40,511 nucleotides of DNA, taken from positions 1 through 40,511 of the forward strand of contig JBGFRY010000030.1 of assembly GCA_041694845.1 (NCBI GenBank), given 5' to 3'. Source of the DNA: Candidatus Micrarchaeota archaeon. GTDB lineage: Archaea; Micrarchaeota; Micrarchaeia; Anstonellales; Bilamarchaeaceae. The position numbers and the translations under genes were made by a program. Of this stretch, positions 1 to 8,179 are shown piece after piece (the first letter of the stretch is position 1; the number at the start of each line of letters is the position of its first letter). The notes under the pieces were generated by a model. It saw nothing but the letters and a program-made list of their open reading frames with translations. It did no database searches and was not told where the DNA came from.

Positions 1-126
1 AACGGCGATCCGTTCAATTATAAAAATTTATATAAAGAAATAAATGTTAAATTTTTATGCTATTGAACGGCGATCCGTTCAATTATAAAAATTTATATAA
101 AGAAATAAAGGTGAAATTTTTTATGC
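1..126 (+). repeat. Tandem direct duplication (period 65 nt) of the promoter/leader upstream of rpl24e
   Basis: nt 1-44 are identical to nt 66-109 (aacggcgatccgttcaattataaaaatttatataaagaaataaa). The copies then diverge (tgttaaatttttATGc versus GGTGAaattttttATGc). Each copy has a 5-bp inverted repeat AACGG/CCGTT followed by an A/T-rich TATA-like stretch. The window begins inside copy 1, so more copies may lie upstream. Confidence 0.9.
66..122 (+). promoter_or_regulatory. Probable rpl24e promoter plus Shine-Dalgarno
   Basis: TATA-like ttataaaaatttatataaa lies about 30-40 nt upstream of the ATG. GGTGA at 110-114 sits 8 nt before the ATG at 123. The AACGG-CGAT-CCGTT inverted repeat at 66-79 is a possible operator. 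Confidence 0.5.
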
Positions 127-371
127 CAACTTGTTCATTTTGTTCTAATCAAGTTCTAAAAGGAAGCGGAGTGCTTTATGCAAAAAAAGATGGAACGATA
201 TATTATTTTTGTTCGAGTAAATGTAGGAGAAATCAATTAGATCTTGGCAGAGAAGGAAGAAGAAAAAAATGGACGAAAGCATATAGACTCTTCAAAGACC
301 TTGAGAAAAAAACTGGTGACATGCCAAGCTCTGAGACAAGAGCACAGACAAAAGCGATTAAGAAGCTGTAG
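123..371 (+). CDS. rpl24e: 50S ribosomal protein L24e
   Basis: MPTCSFCSNQVLKGSGVLYAKKDGTIYYFCSSKCRRN is the L24e zinc-ribbon N-terminus (C-x2-C ... C-x3-C). Start taken at ATG 123, which follows GGTGA. The longer ORF from 57 reads through the duplicated leader. Confidence 0.9.
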   Translation: MPTCSFCSNQVLKGSGVLYAKKDGTIYYFCSSKCRRNQLDLGREGRRKKWTKAYRLFKDLEKKTGDMPSSETRAQTKAIKKL

Positions 372-404
372 TTTTATGAATAAATTTTCATGAGAATGAA
401 TTTT

Positions 405-866
405 ATGCCAGCAGAAAGAACTTTAGTATTACTGAAACCAGATGCAGTCCAACGCGGATTTATCGGTGAGATTACTACGCGAATTGAGAGAAAAGGTTTG
501 AAAATAATTGGCATGAAGATGTTGAAAATGACACCTACACTAGCAAAAGAGCATTACGCACATTTAGTTGGCAAACCATTCTATTCTGATCTGGAAAAAT
601 TCATGACAAGTAATCCGATTATTGCAATTGTTGTCGAAGGTAAAGAAGCAGTTGAGGTAGTTCGTACATTATGCGGACCAACAAATGCAACGAAAGCATC
701 TGCAGGAACAATCCGCGGAGACTTTTCAAATTCAACATCGCGTAACGTAATTCATGCAAGCGATTCAAAAGAAATTGCTGCAAAGGAAATTCAACGATTC
801 TTCAAGCATGATGAGTTATTTGAGTACGAAAAAGAAAGGTTTTGGCTTTACGCAAGCGATGAATAA
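405..866 (+). CDS. ndk: Nucleoside diphosphate kinase
   Basis: ERTLVLLKPDAVQRG...GPTNATKASAGTIRGDF...NVIHASDS are classic NDK motifs, including the NxxH active-site His. The rpl24e-ndk linkage is typical of archaea. Start could also be ATG 390 or 396. Confidence 0.92.
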   Translation: MPAERTLVLLKPDAVQRGFIGEITTRIERKGLKIIGMKMLKMTPTLAKEHYAHLVGKPFYSDLEKFMTSNPIIAIVVEGKEAVEVVRTLCGPTNATKASAGTIRGDFSNSTSRNVIHASDSKEIAAKEIQRFFKHDELFEYEKERFWLYASDE

Positions 867-898
867 ACTTTTTTGCCAAGATATTTATTGATTAGATT

Positions 899-1027
899 GC
901 TCCTGTAGTCTAGTCCGGTCAAGGATATCAGACTCTCACTCTGAGGACCCGAGTTCAAAAGTGTCTTGAGTCTTGCGTTCCGCATCTCAAAACTCGTAAC
1001 AGAAAACTGACTTTCTCGGCAGGAGCA
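899..1027 (+). tRNA. tRNA-Glu (anticodon CUC) with a roughly 54-nt non-canonical intron in the T-loop (about 960-1013)
   Basis: Hand fold. Acceptor GCTCCTG (899-905) pairs with CAGGAGC (1020-1026), discriminator A at 1027. D-arm is GTCT-AGTCCGGTCAA-GGAT, the archaeal tRNA-Glu type D-loop. Anticodon stem TCAGA/TCTGA with loop CT-CTC-AC (933-939). T-stem CCGAG (949-953) pairs with CTCGG (1015-1019). The T-loop TTCAAA...T is interrupted. No CCA is encoded. Confidence 0.8.
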
Positions 1028-1156
1028 TTTTTACTTGCTCTGAATGTGCAAAAATAAGCATATTACTCATTTATATTCATTTAAGTGAAGGGAAAACTAC
1101 TATAATCCTTCACTTCAATGAAAACATTTATAAATATGTCTGAACAATAACTGTGT

Positions 1157-2404
1157 GTGAAAACCTCAATAATGAAATGGAATTTCTGGTGGTCAAATCC
1201 AGAAAAGTTAGATGAATTTGAATGGGTAGAGAGAGATATTTTAAAAAACACCATAAGCCTGATAGATTCCTCTTATATAAAGGACATTATAGGAGTCAGG
1301 AGAGCTGGCAAAACATTCCTGATGTATCAACTCATTTCTTATCTTATAAAAACAGGCATTAAACCTGAAGAGATACTGTATTTGAATTTTGATGACCCTG
1401 AATTCAAAGAAGTGAAAAAAACAATTTCTACAGCTCTCGAAATAAAGCCGGAGATAAAATATGTTTTTCTGGATGAAATTCAAAATTTGTCTGGATGGGA
1501 AAAAGAGATAAGAGTGTACTATGACAGAAAGGAATTCAGGCAAATACTTGTATCTGGGTCGTCTGCTTCCTTGATCTCAAGAGACGTTGGAAAAACACTG
1601 ACTGGCAGGCACATAACTGTATTAGTAACTCCATTTTCATTCAAGGAATTTATCTCCAAACACAATGTAGACTACAAAGACCCTTTCCAAAAAGAGAAGG
1701 TGGCTCATTACTTAGAAAGGTTTCTGCAAGAAGGCGGATTCCCTGAAACCTTGTCTGGAAAAGTAGTAACCAAAGAACCAATTCTGGTTAACACTTACAA
1801 CGACATACTTATGAGGGATGTGGTTTCAAGATTTAATGCAGATTCTGATACTGTAAAAAAACTGGCGTATTATCTAATGACGAATATAGGTGTTCCATTC
1901 TCTGAAAATAGTATTGCTAAAGCCCTAAGCATACATAATGAAACTGTTAGGAAATACTTGTCTATGCTGGAAGAGGTGTTTTTGTTTTACTATGCAAAGC
2001 AATTTTCATGGAAAGTCAAAGTGCAGATAAAAAAGGGCATGAAATGCTATTCAATAGACACAGGATTAAGAAATGCTGTTTCATTCAAATTCTCAAATGA
2101 TTCAGGCAAGCTTGCTGAGAATGCAGTATCGACAGAACTAAAAAGAAGAGGAAAAGATATATATTTCTGGAAAGGCAAAAAGGAAGTTGATTTTATAGTT
2201 AGAGAAGGAAACAATTTAACTGCAATAAATGTTGCTTATAGTGATACCCCACACAAGAGGGAAACAGATGGGTTGATAGAATTTAAAGAAAAAAACCCAA
2301 ATGCAAAACTAATGCTGATAACAAAAGACTTTGAGCAAACAAATAAGAAAGGTATAAAGTATATTCCACTTTGGAAATGGTTGTTAAATAACATTAGTAT
2401 ATAG
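1157..2404 (+). CDS. AAA+ superfamily ATPase with C-terminal DUF4143-type domain (COG1373-like)
   Basis: Walker A-like GVRRAGKTF and Walker B-like VFLDEIQ. The overall layout (ATPase, winged-helix-like middle, nuclease-fold-like C-terminus with EVDFIV) is typical of the archaeal/bacterial DUF4143 ATPases. GTG start at 1157, alternative ATG at 1172. Confidence 0.75.
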   Translation: MKTSIMKWNFWWSNPEKLDEFEWVERDILKNTISLIDSSYIKDIIGVRRAGKTFLMYQLISYLIKTGIKPEEILYLNFDDPEFKEVKKTISTALEIKPEIKYVFLDEIQNLSGWEKEIRVYYDRKEFRQILVSGSSASLISRDVGKTLTGRHITVLVTPFSFKEFISKHNVDYKDPFQKEKVAHYLERFLQEGGFPETLSGKVVTKEPILVNTYNDILMRDVVSRFNADSDTVKKLAYYLMTNIGVPFSENSIAKALSIHNETVRKYLSMLEEVFLFYYAKQFSWKVKVQIKKGMKCYSIDTGLRNAVSFKFSNDSGKLAENAVSTELKRRGKDIYFWKGKKEVDFIVREGNNLTAINVAYSDTPHKRETDGLIEFKEKNPNAKLMLITKDFEQTNKKGIKYIPLWKWLLNNISI

Positions 2405-2462
2405 CGAGTTCGAATATCATACACGGCATTCCTTTCATCCTCTGAGCTAGCGGCAGGAGCAT
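2405..2462 (+). other. Degenerate copy of the 3' part (T-arm to acceptor) of the tRNA-Glu gene
   Basis: cgagttcGAAT at 2405-2415 resembles cgagttcAAAA at 950-960. cggcaggagcat at 2451-2462 is identical to 1017-1028. The T-stem cannot pair in this copy (GCGAG versus AGCGG) and no 5' half is found, so it is not a functional tRNA. Confidence 0.5.
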
Positions 2463-2549
2463 ATTCTTTTTTTACAGTCAAAGTTTTTTCAGCATACTCG
2501 ACTGCTATTATTTATTAATTTATCTCCATAACACTTAATTGGTGGGTGT

Positions 2550-3188
2550 ATGCCAGTTATAGATGAAGAAACAAAAAAAATTATCAAACAAAAATTTAAT
2601 GCGTTAAATAATCAAATAAAATTGACATTTTTTAAACCAGAGAATGAATGTACCACGTGCCATTATGCTGAAGAAATGATTAGCGAATTAGCAACATTAA
2701 CTTCTAAAATAAACAAAGAAGTTCTTATTTTTGAGCAGAATATTACAAATGCAAAGGCACTTGGCATCGATAAGGCACCAGGGCTAGCTATGCAGAATGA
2801 TAAAACTATACTGCGATATTACGGATTTCCAAGCGGTTATGAATTTGAAACATTTTTAATTGATTTAATTGATTTATCACGCGGAGAAATAGATATATTC
2901 CAAGAATTAGCTAAAGAAGTCAAAAAAATTAATTTCCCAGTGCATATTCAAGTTTTTGTGACTCCACAATGTCCCTACTGTTCATCAATTGCTAAAGTTG
3001 CACATGATTTTGCAATGATTAATCCAATGATAAAAGGTGATGTTATTGACATCACTGTTTTCCAACAGTTAGGGGAGAAATATAATATAATGTCAGTTCC
3101 TTTCACAGTAATCAATGAAAAACTTATACTAAGAGGTACCTACCCCCCAGATGTAATAATAAAAAAAATACTTGAACTCAAACATTAA
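2550..3188 (+). CDS. Protein disulfide oxidoreductase, glutaredoxin/thioredoxin-like with two CXXC units (PfPDO-like)
   Basis: Two thioredoxin-fold halves with CTTC (N-terminal half) and CPYC (C-terminal half), plus the SVPF cis-Pro region. GGTGG Shine-Dalgarno precedes the ATG. Confidence 0.75.
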   Translation: MPVIDEETKKIIKQKFNALNNQIKLTFFKPENECTTCHYAEEMISELATLTSKINKEVLIFEQNITNAKALGIDKAPGLAMQNDKTILRYYGFPSGYEFETFLIDLIDLSRGEIDIFQELAKEVKKINFPVHIQVFVTPQCPYCSSIAKVAHDFAMINPMIKGDVIDITVFQQLGEKYNIMSVPFTVINEKLILRGTYPPDVIIKKILELKH

Positions 3189-3218
3189 AATGTGAGAAAG
3201 TATAATCAACGTTTCTTC

Positions 3219-3422
3219 TTAGCTAGTCAATTTCTGTAAAATTTCATACGCTTTGGCAGCGTTAGATCCCTTGACCACAAAGATTGTATCAGTATAGCAA
3301 GAAACGAATTCAACAACATTGATACCTTCGCTTGCAAGCGAGTTTAACATATGTGAAATTACACCAGGTGTTTCTTCTACTGCTGGAGGGCTATGGATAA
3401 CAATTAGATTTAAGTTAGTCAT
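3219..3422 (-). CDS. Small ACT-domain protein
   Basis: The 67-aa beta-alpha-beta-beta-alpha-beta pattern (LIVIHS...PGVISHMLNSLASEGINV...IFVV..NAAKAYEIL) is typical of stand-alone ACT domains. Confidence 0.55.
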   Translation of the reverse strand: MTNLNLIVIHSPPAVEETPGVISHMLNSLASEGINVVEFVSCYTDTIFVVKGSNAAKAYEILQKLTS

Positions 3423-3735
3423 TATTAGTAGATATTTTTTGTCTTTCTTATCTTTTCTGCTTCTGATTCTTTAACTATATAACTCATCTATCGCAAACTC
3501 GAGTTTGAAAAGATACTTTAAAAAAACTAAAAAAGAAAAAAATCTGTTTATTAATTTCCGTCGTAGATGCATAGGAGTTCATAATGTATTTACGACGAGA
3601 AATTAAAAATGCAATTGTTTAGTATTATATTTTAAAACAGAATGTTGGTGAACATAATAATGAAGATCATTGAACTATTTGATTTAACATGATAAAACCA
3701 ACCATTTTTATATTTCTACTTTTCTAATAGTATAA

Positions 3736-5676
3736 GTGATTTTAATGATAAAAAAGTCGCATTTTTATGTTTTGATAATAGCATGTTTATCATTAATTCT
3801 ACTTTTTGGCTGTGTAGAGCTTCCTAAACAGCCAATATGGCCAAGCAGTCCAACCAGTGAAAAGATTTCTACAGGACTTCCAAAATTCTCTTCTTGTACT
3901 GATATCGTATCTGCGTTCAAAAATGCAAAAAGCATTTCTTATTATGGAATAGAAAAATCTATAACAACCATGCCAACAGTAACAACAGGTGCTATTGAAT
4001 ACACAGCTGCCCAAGAGCATTCTCCAACAAATGTTCAAGTAGCAGGTGTTGATGAAGCAGATATTGTAAAGACAGATGGTAAAAACATATACACTGTTTC
4101 AAATGGAAAACTGTATATTGTGGAAGCTTACCCTGCAGAGAGCGCAAAAGAGTTATCATCAACAACTCTTGTTAATATAACACCATATGAAATATTCATA
4201 AATGGAAACACCGTTCTTATATTTGGAGGTAAACACAATTACTGGTATGATGAAGAATATAATGCATTATACAAATATTACTATGCTGATTTGACTGTTC
4301 TTCAATTATGGGATATTTCTAATAAGGAAAAACCAAAGCTTTTGCGCACTCTTGAATTTGAAGGTGCTTACATCTCATCAAGAAAAATAGAATCAACTGC
4401 ATATTTTATACTCAGGAAATACCAATACTCAATTCCTGAAGATCCAGGTAAAATTGTTCCTTTATATAGAGACCAAAAAACTGGCCAAGTAGAAAAGCAA
4501 CCTACAGAGATAACTAAGTGTGGTGATATAGGTTATCTGCCACCAGTAAACGCGAAAAGTTTTGTTATTGTAGGTGCAATTTCAATGAGTAACCCAGATG
4601 CAGAGATAAAAAAAGAAGTTGTAGTAGCATCTGGAGAGAATATATACGCATCTTTTGAGAATTTATATGTTGCAGAAGTAGACTACAGTGAAGGGTGGTA
4701 TCCTTACTCAGGTATACCTTATTACTTCTATCAATCCTCAGAAAAAACAATCGTTCATAAGTTCGCCATTGATACTATGAATATTTCCTATTTAGGATCA
4801 ATGAATGCAGCAGGATATATCCTAAATCAGTTCTCAATGGACGAATACAATGGATACTTTAGAATAGCAACAACAAAAAGCGAAATTTTACCTTATGGTA
4901 AAAGCACAACTTCTAATAATATCTACACATTTGACAGCGAGCTAAAGCAGAAAGGTAAACTTGAAGATCTTGCACCAGGAGAAAAAATATATTCAGCAAG
5001 ATTCATTGGTGATAGGGCATATCTAGTTACATTCAAGAAAGTAGACCCATTGTTTGTGATTAATCTTAGCAATCAGGAGAAACCAGAGGTTTTAGGAGAG
5101 TTAAAAATACCTGGTTACTCTGATTATCTCCACCCAATAGACAAAGACCATATAATTGGGGTTGGTAAAGAAACCGTGGAAGCAGAAGAAGGTGATTTTG
5201 CATGGGACCAGGGCCTAAAAATGGCAGTGTTTGATGTTTCAGATGTTTCAAAACCAAAAGAAATGCACAAAATTGTAATAGGTGACAGAGGAACAAACTC
5301 ATATGCATTGAACGATCATAAAGCATTCTTGTATGATAAGAAAAAAGAGCTATTAGTACTCCCAATTAAGTTGGCGGTAATCGATAGAGAAAAATACGGT
5401 GAAGACATTCCTGCAAATACCTATGGGGATTTTGTATTTGACGGAGCCTATGTATATAAACTAACATTAAACGATGGGTTTCAGTTAAAAGGAGAAATAA
5501 CCCATATTGAAGACAATAAAACATTTGAAAAATATGTTTATTATTACTATGTTCACGGTGATTCTGTAAAAAGATCATTATATATTGAAGATGTACTTTA
5601 TACAGTTTCTGACAACAAAATCATTGGTAATGCGCTTTCTGACTTGACTGAACTTACGAGAGTGAAGCTGAATTAA
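3736..5676 (+). CDS. Exported beta-propeller domain protein (PF09826/COG4880-like), lipobox-like signal
   Basis: YSARFIGDRAYLVTFKKVDPLFVINLSNQEKPEVLGELKIPGYSDYLHPID is the hallmark block of the secreted beta-propeller family. N-terminal signal ends in LLFGC. GTG start at 3736, alternative ATG at 3745. Confidence 0.8.
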   Translation: MILMIKKSHFYVLIIACLSLILLFGCVELPKQPIWPSSPTSEKISTGLPKFSSCTDIVSAFKNAKSISYYGIEKSITTMPTVTTGAIEYTAAQEHSPTNVQVAGVDEADIVKTDGKNIYTVSNGKLYIVEAYPAESAKELSSTTLVNITPYEIFINGNTVLIFGGKHNYWYDEEYNALYKYYYADLTVLQLWDISNKEKPKLLRTLEFEGAYISSRKIESTAYFILRKYQYSIPEDPGKIVPLYRDQKTGQVEKQPTEITKCGDIGYLPPVNAKSFVIVGAISMSNPDAEIKKEVVVASGENIYASFENLYVAEVDYSEGWYPYSGIPYYFYQSSEKTIVHKFAIDTMNISYLGSMNAAGYILNQFSMDEYNGYFRIATTKSEILPYGKSTTSNNIYTFDSELKQKGKLEDLAPGEKIYSARFIGDRAYLVTFKKVDPLFVINLSNQEKPEVLGELKIPGYSDYLHPIDKDHIIGVGKETVEAEEGDFAWDQGLKMAVFDVSDVSKPKEMHKIVIGDRGTNSYALNDHKAFLYDKKKELLVLPIKLAVIDREKYGEDIPANTYGDFVFDGAYVYKLTLNDGFQLKGEITHIEDNKTFEKYVYYYYVHGDSVKRSLYIEDVLYTVSDNKIIGNALSDLTELTRVKLN

Positions 5677-5720
5677 GGCTTAGTTAACATAAATAAATCT
5701 ATTCTATTATTTAGTATACT

Positions 5721-6722
5721 ATGGGCCGAACGATTATCATAGGCGGACAGTATGGTGATGAGGGCAAAGGTAAGATAGTTAGTTACGTTGCGATTAATGA
5801 TAAACCAGAGATAGTCGCACGTGGCGGAGTCGGACCTAATGCTGGCCATGAAGTTAATTACAAAGGAGTTCGCTATCCATTACGAATGCTTTCGTGCGGT
5901 TTTGTTTACAAAGGTGCAAGAATACTTATAGGCGCAGGTGTTAGTGTAAACCCAGAAGTATTTTTAAAAGAAGTTGAGATGACAAAAACTTACAATAGAA
6001 TTGGGATTGACAAACGCTCTACAATAATAACAAAGGAACATATTGAAAGAGATTCTTCAAGTGAGAACTCTGTAAAAATAGGGACTACAAAAACAGGTTG
6101 CGGGCCAGCAGTTGCTGATCGCGTTTTACGGGTTGCAAAACTTGCTGTTGAAATTCAAGAACTTTCAAAATACATAACTGATGTTCCAGAAGAAGTAAAC
6201 AAAGCAAAAAATGTTCTTGTAGAAGGTTCGCAGGGTTTCATGCTTTCAGTTCTTTATGGAACTTATCCATTTTGTACGTCGAAGGATACAAGTGCATCAA
6301 CGATTGCAGCAGATGTTGGTCTTGGACCAAGATCTATAGATGATGTGGTAATGGTAATAAAATCTTACACAACACGAGTTGGTTTTGGGCCTCTTAAAAA
6401 TGAGATAAGTAAGGAGGAAGCATCAACTATTGGGATGCAGGAGTATGGTACTGTTACTGAAAGGCCAAGAAGAACATCCGTAGAATTACACTGGGATGAA
6501 TTAAAATTAGCAACAATGATAAATAACGCAACGCAGATTGCTCTGACAAAATTGGATGTGAGATTTCCTGGTAATGCTGGTGTGAGAAAATTCGCAGCAC
6601 TTACAAATGAGGCAAAATCATTTATAAAAGATATTGAAAATAGATTAGGTGTTCCAGTAACTCTTATTGGAACTGGAAAAGATACAGAGGATACAATAGA
6701 TCTAAGAGAGAAAAAATTATAA
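5721..6722 (+). CDS. purA: Adenylosuccinate synthetase (short archaeal form)
   Basis: GGQYGDEGKGK P-loop, GPNAGH, TTKTGCGPA, EGSQG and TERPRR motifs. The 333-aa length matches the short archaeal PurA class. Confidence 0.9.
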   Translation: MGRTIIIGGQYGDEGKGKIVSYVAINDKPEIVARGGVGPNAGHEVNYKGVRYPLRMLSCGFVYKGARILIGAGVSVNPEVFLKEVEMTKTYNRIGIDKRSTIITKEHIERDSSSENSVKIGTTKTGCGPAVADRVLRVAKLAVEIQELSKYITDVPEEVNKAKNVLVEGSQGFMLSVLYGTYPFCTSKDTSASTIAADVGLGPRSIDDVVMVIKSYTTRVGFGPLKNEISKEEASTIGMQEYGTVTERPRRTSVELHWDELKLATMINNATQIALTKLDVRFPGNAGVRKFAALTNEAKSFIKDIENRLGVPVTLIGTGKDTEDTIDLREKKL

Positions 6723-6729
6723 TAAGTGT

Positions 6730-7197
6730 TTATTCCTGCGCGAAGTATTTCTTGAATTTTTCAGTAACAAATAGCTTCGCACTTCTACCTGCTTTCTGTG
6801 GTTTTACAAACCCACTCTCTACGAGCTCTTTAACATCTTCATAAATTTGTGAACCAATGCGCTTCATCAGCTCACTTTTCAACACAGCATCATGTTTTGA
6901 TATATACGCAAGTGTGCGCAGTGCTCTTTTGCTTAATTCAGTTTCCTGTGCAAACTGTTTTACTCTATTAATATACGCTGTTTTGACTCTCATTAAATAT
7001 TTTCCTTCAACTTCTATAATCTCAATTGCACGTTCGCTTTCATTATACTCATTTTGCAATGCTTGAATTGTTCTCTGCAAGTAGCCAATAGCACCTATCC
7101 CAGTAAGTGTTCGTATCTCTCCTATAGAGAGTGATCTTGCACTTATAAAGAGTGCAGCTTCAATCAGTCTTTTCTCATCAATATCAACCATATTCAA
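6730..7197 (-). CDS. scpB: Segregation and condensation protein B
   Basis: IEAALFISARSLSIGEI opening plus tandem winged-helix layout, 155 aa. Confidence 0.75.
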   Translation of the reverse strand: MNMVDIDEKRLIEAALFISARSLSIGEIRTLTGIGAIGYLQRTIQALQNEYNESERAIEIIEVEGKYLMRVKTAYINRVKQFAQETELSKRALRTLAYISKHDAVLKSELMKRIGSQIYEDVKELVESGFVKPQKAGRSAKLFVTEKFKKYFAQE

Positions 7198-7213
7198 AAC
7201 CTATTACAATATG

Positions 7214-7774
7214 TTATTTTAAGCCGAGATATTTAAGCAACTCATTCCTATAGTTTATACAATCAATTTTTTTATTTTTCTTTTTATTTTTCATTTCCCT
7301 TATTATTATATCGACACATTTTTCTTTATTTCTTCTACTTGTATCAAGTTCAACAACAGTAGTACGATAATTTTTCATAGCGTTTACAACACAATAATCT
7401 AACAATTCTGCAAGTATATTTTCAGCGATTTTCTTTTTATCATAACCTCTTCTTCTTAGCCTTTTAATTAAGGTATTTGGATTAGTCCGCAGTACTATAA
7501 CAAGATCAGCAGTGAGTGCAATCTCGCAAGCAAGATGACCTTCAATTATATAGCCTTTAGTAATCAACTCAAGTCCCAACTCTTTGAGTATTGCTTGCCT
7601 TAATTTTTTCAAATTAACTATTTTTTCTTTATCTTTGATTTCATAGATTTTATTTTTTTCTACTATTTTTTTTATGTCAATTAATCCATAACCAATTTTT
7701 TTTGCAAGCATCTTAGCAATAATTGTTTTTCCAGTTCCAGGTACTCCAGTTACAACAATTCGCAACACAGTCAC
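7214..7774 (-). CDS. P-loop nucleoside/adenylate kinase-like protein (Fap7/AK6-like)
   Basis: RIVVTGVPGTGKTIIAKMLA Walker A at the N-terminus, small size (186 aa), RLRRRGY lid-like segment. Confidence 0.6.
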   Translation of the reverse strand: MTVLRIVVTGVPGTGKTIIAKMLAKKIGYGLIDIKKIVEKNKIYEIKDKEKIVNLKKLRQAILKELGLELITKGYIIEGHLACEIALTADLVIVLRTNPNTLIKRLRRRGYDKKKIAENILAELLDYCVVNAMKNYRTTVVELDTSRRNKEKCVDIIIREMKNKKKNKKIDCINYRNELLKYLGLK

Positions 7775-7780
7775 AACCTT

Positions 7781-8116
7781 TCATAACCTTTTGCTAAGTG
7801 TATTTAGATACTCCTTTGTAAATTTTAAAACTCCCTCCCCTTTTTTAGTCAGAACATAATACTTTCTGCGTTCAATAGTTTTTTGTTTTCCTTTGATTAT
7901 CCCTTCATCTTCTAGTTTATACAAAACAACATATAACATAATTCTGTTTGGTCTGAAGAAAAATTCCTCTTCTAATTGTTTATCAAGTGTATATGCGTAA
8001 ACTTCTTTTTTCTCTTTTATTAGCGATAGTATATACATCCAAATATTCCCATAACTAAGCAGATGTTTAAGCCTTTTTGTTGGTCTTGTATCCATTATAT
8101 TATTCAATCGCGTCAT
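7781..8116 (-). CDS. PadR-family winged-helix transcriptional regulator
   Basis: YILSLIKEKKEVYAYTLDKQLEE...LYVVLYKLEDEGIIKGK...RKYYVLTKKGEGVL is the PadR pattern. It is transcribed divergently from the membrane-protein operon. Confidence 0.8.
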   Translation of the reverse strand: MTRLNNIMDTRPTKRLKHLLSYGNIWMYILSLIKEKKEVYAYTLDKQLEEEFFFRPNRIMLYVVLYKLEDEGIIKGKQKTIERRKYYVLTKKGEGVLKFTKEYLNTLSKRL

Positions 8117-8179
8117 GATAAACTCCCTAGTAGTAATAATTTTATCAACATATATAAATTTTACATTTATAGTATAAGT
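8117..8179. promoter_or_regulatory. Divergent promoter region between padR-like gene and paralog operon
   Basis: 63-nt A/T-rich spacer with tatataaatttt about 25-30 nt upstream of ATG 8180. Confidence 0.45.

Noticed and set aside
57-122. N-terminal 22-codon extension of the L24e ORF (the longest ORF starts at 57)
   Set aside because: The extension is simply read-through of the duplicated leader. The conserved L24e N-terminus (MPTCSFC) starts at ATG 123, directly after a GGTGA Shine-Dalgarno.
1083-1115. 9-bp inverted repeat (AAGTGAAGG / CCTTCACTT) upstream of the DUF4143 ATPase gene
   Set aside because: It could be an operator or an end of the putative insertion. It is a single occurrence with no partner elsewhere in the window, which is too weak to call.
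1241-2481. Minus-strand ORFs (1241-1543 and 2236-2481) overlapping the ATPase gene and the tRNA-like fragment
   Set aside because: They are antisense to a CDS with Walker motifs, and their translations are Phe/Ile/Ser-rich noise.
3423-3735. Unusually long (313-nt) intergenic region with a 7-bp stem hairpin (3559-3565 / 3591-3597), considered as a possible small RNA (C/D box or other)
   Set aside because: No C (RUGAUGA) or D (CUGA) box pair in the proper arrangement and no tRNA-like fold. The stem is short with a 25-nt loop. It is most simply the divergent promoter region for the ACT and beta-propeller genes.
8063-8179. Upstream extension of paralog 1 (the ORF track starts at 8063)
   Set aside because: It overlaps the divergent padR-like CDS and the A/T-rich promoter spacer. 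ATG 8180 gives a normal signal-like N-terminus that matches the other paralogs.
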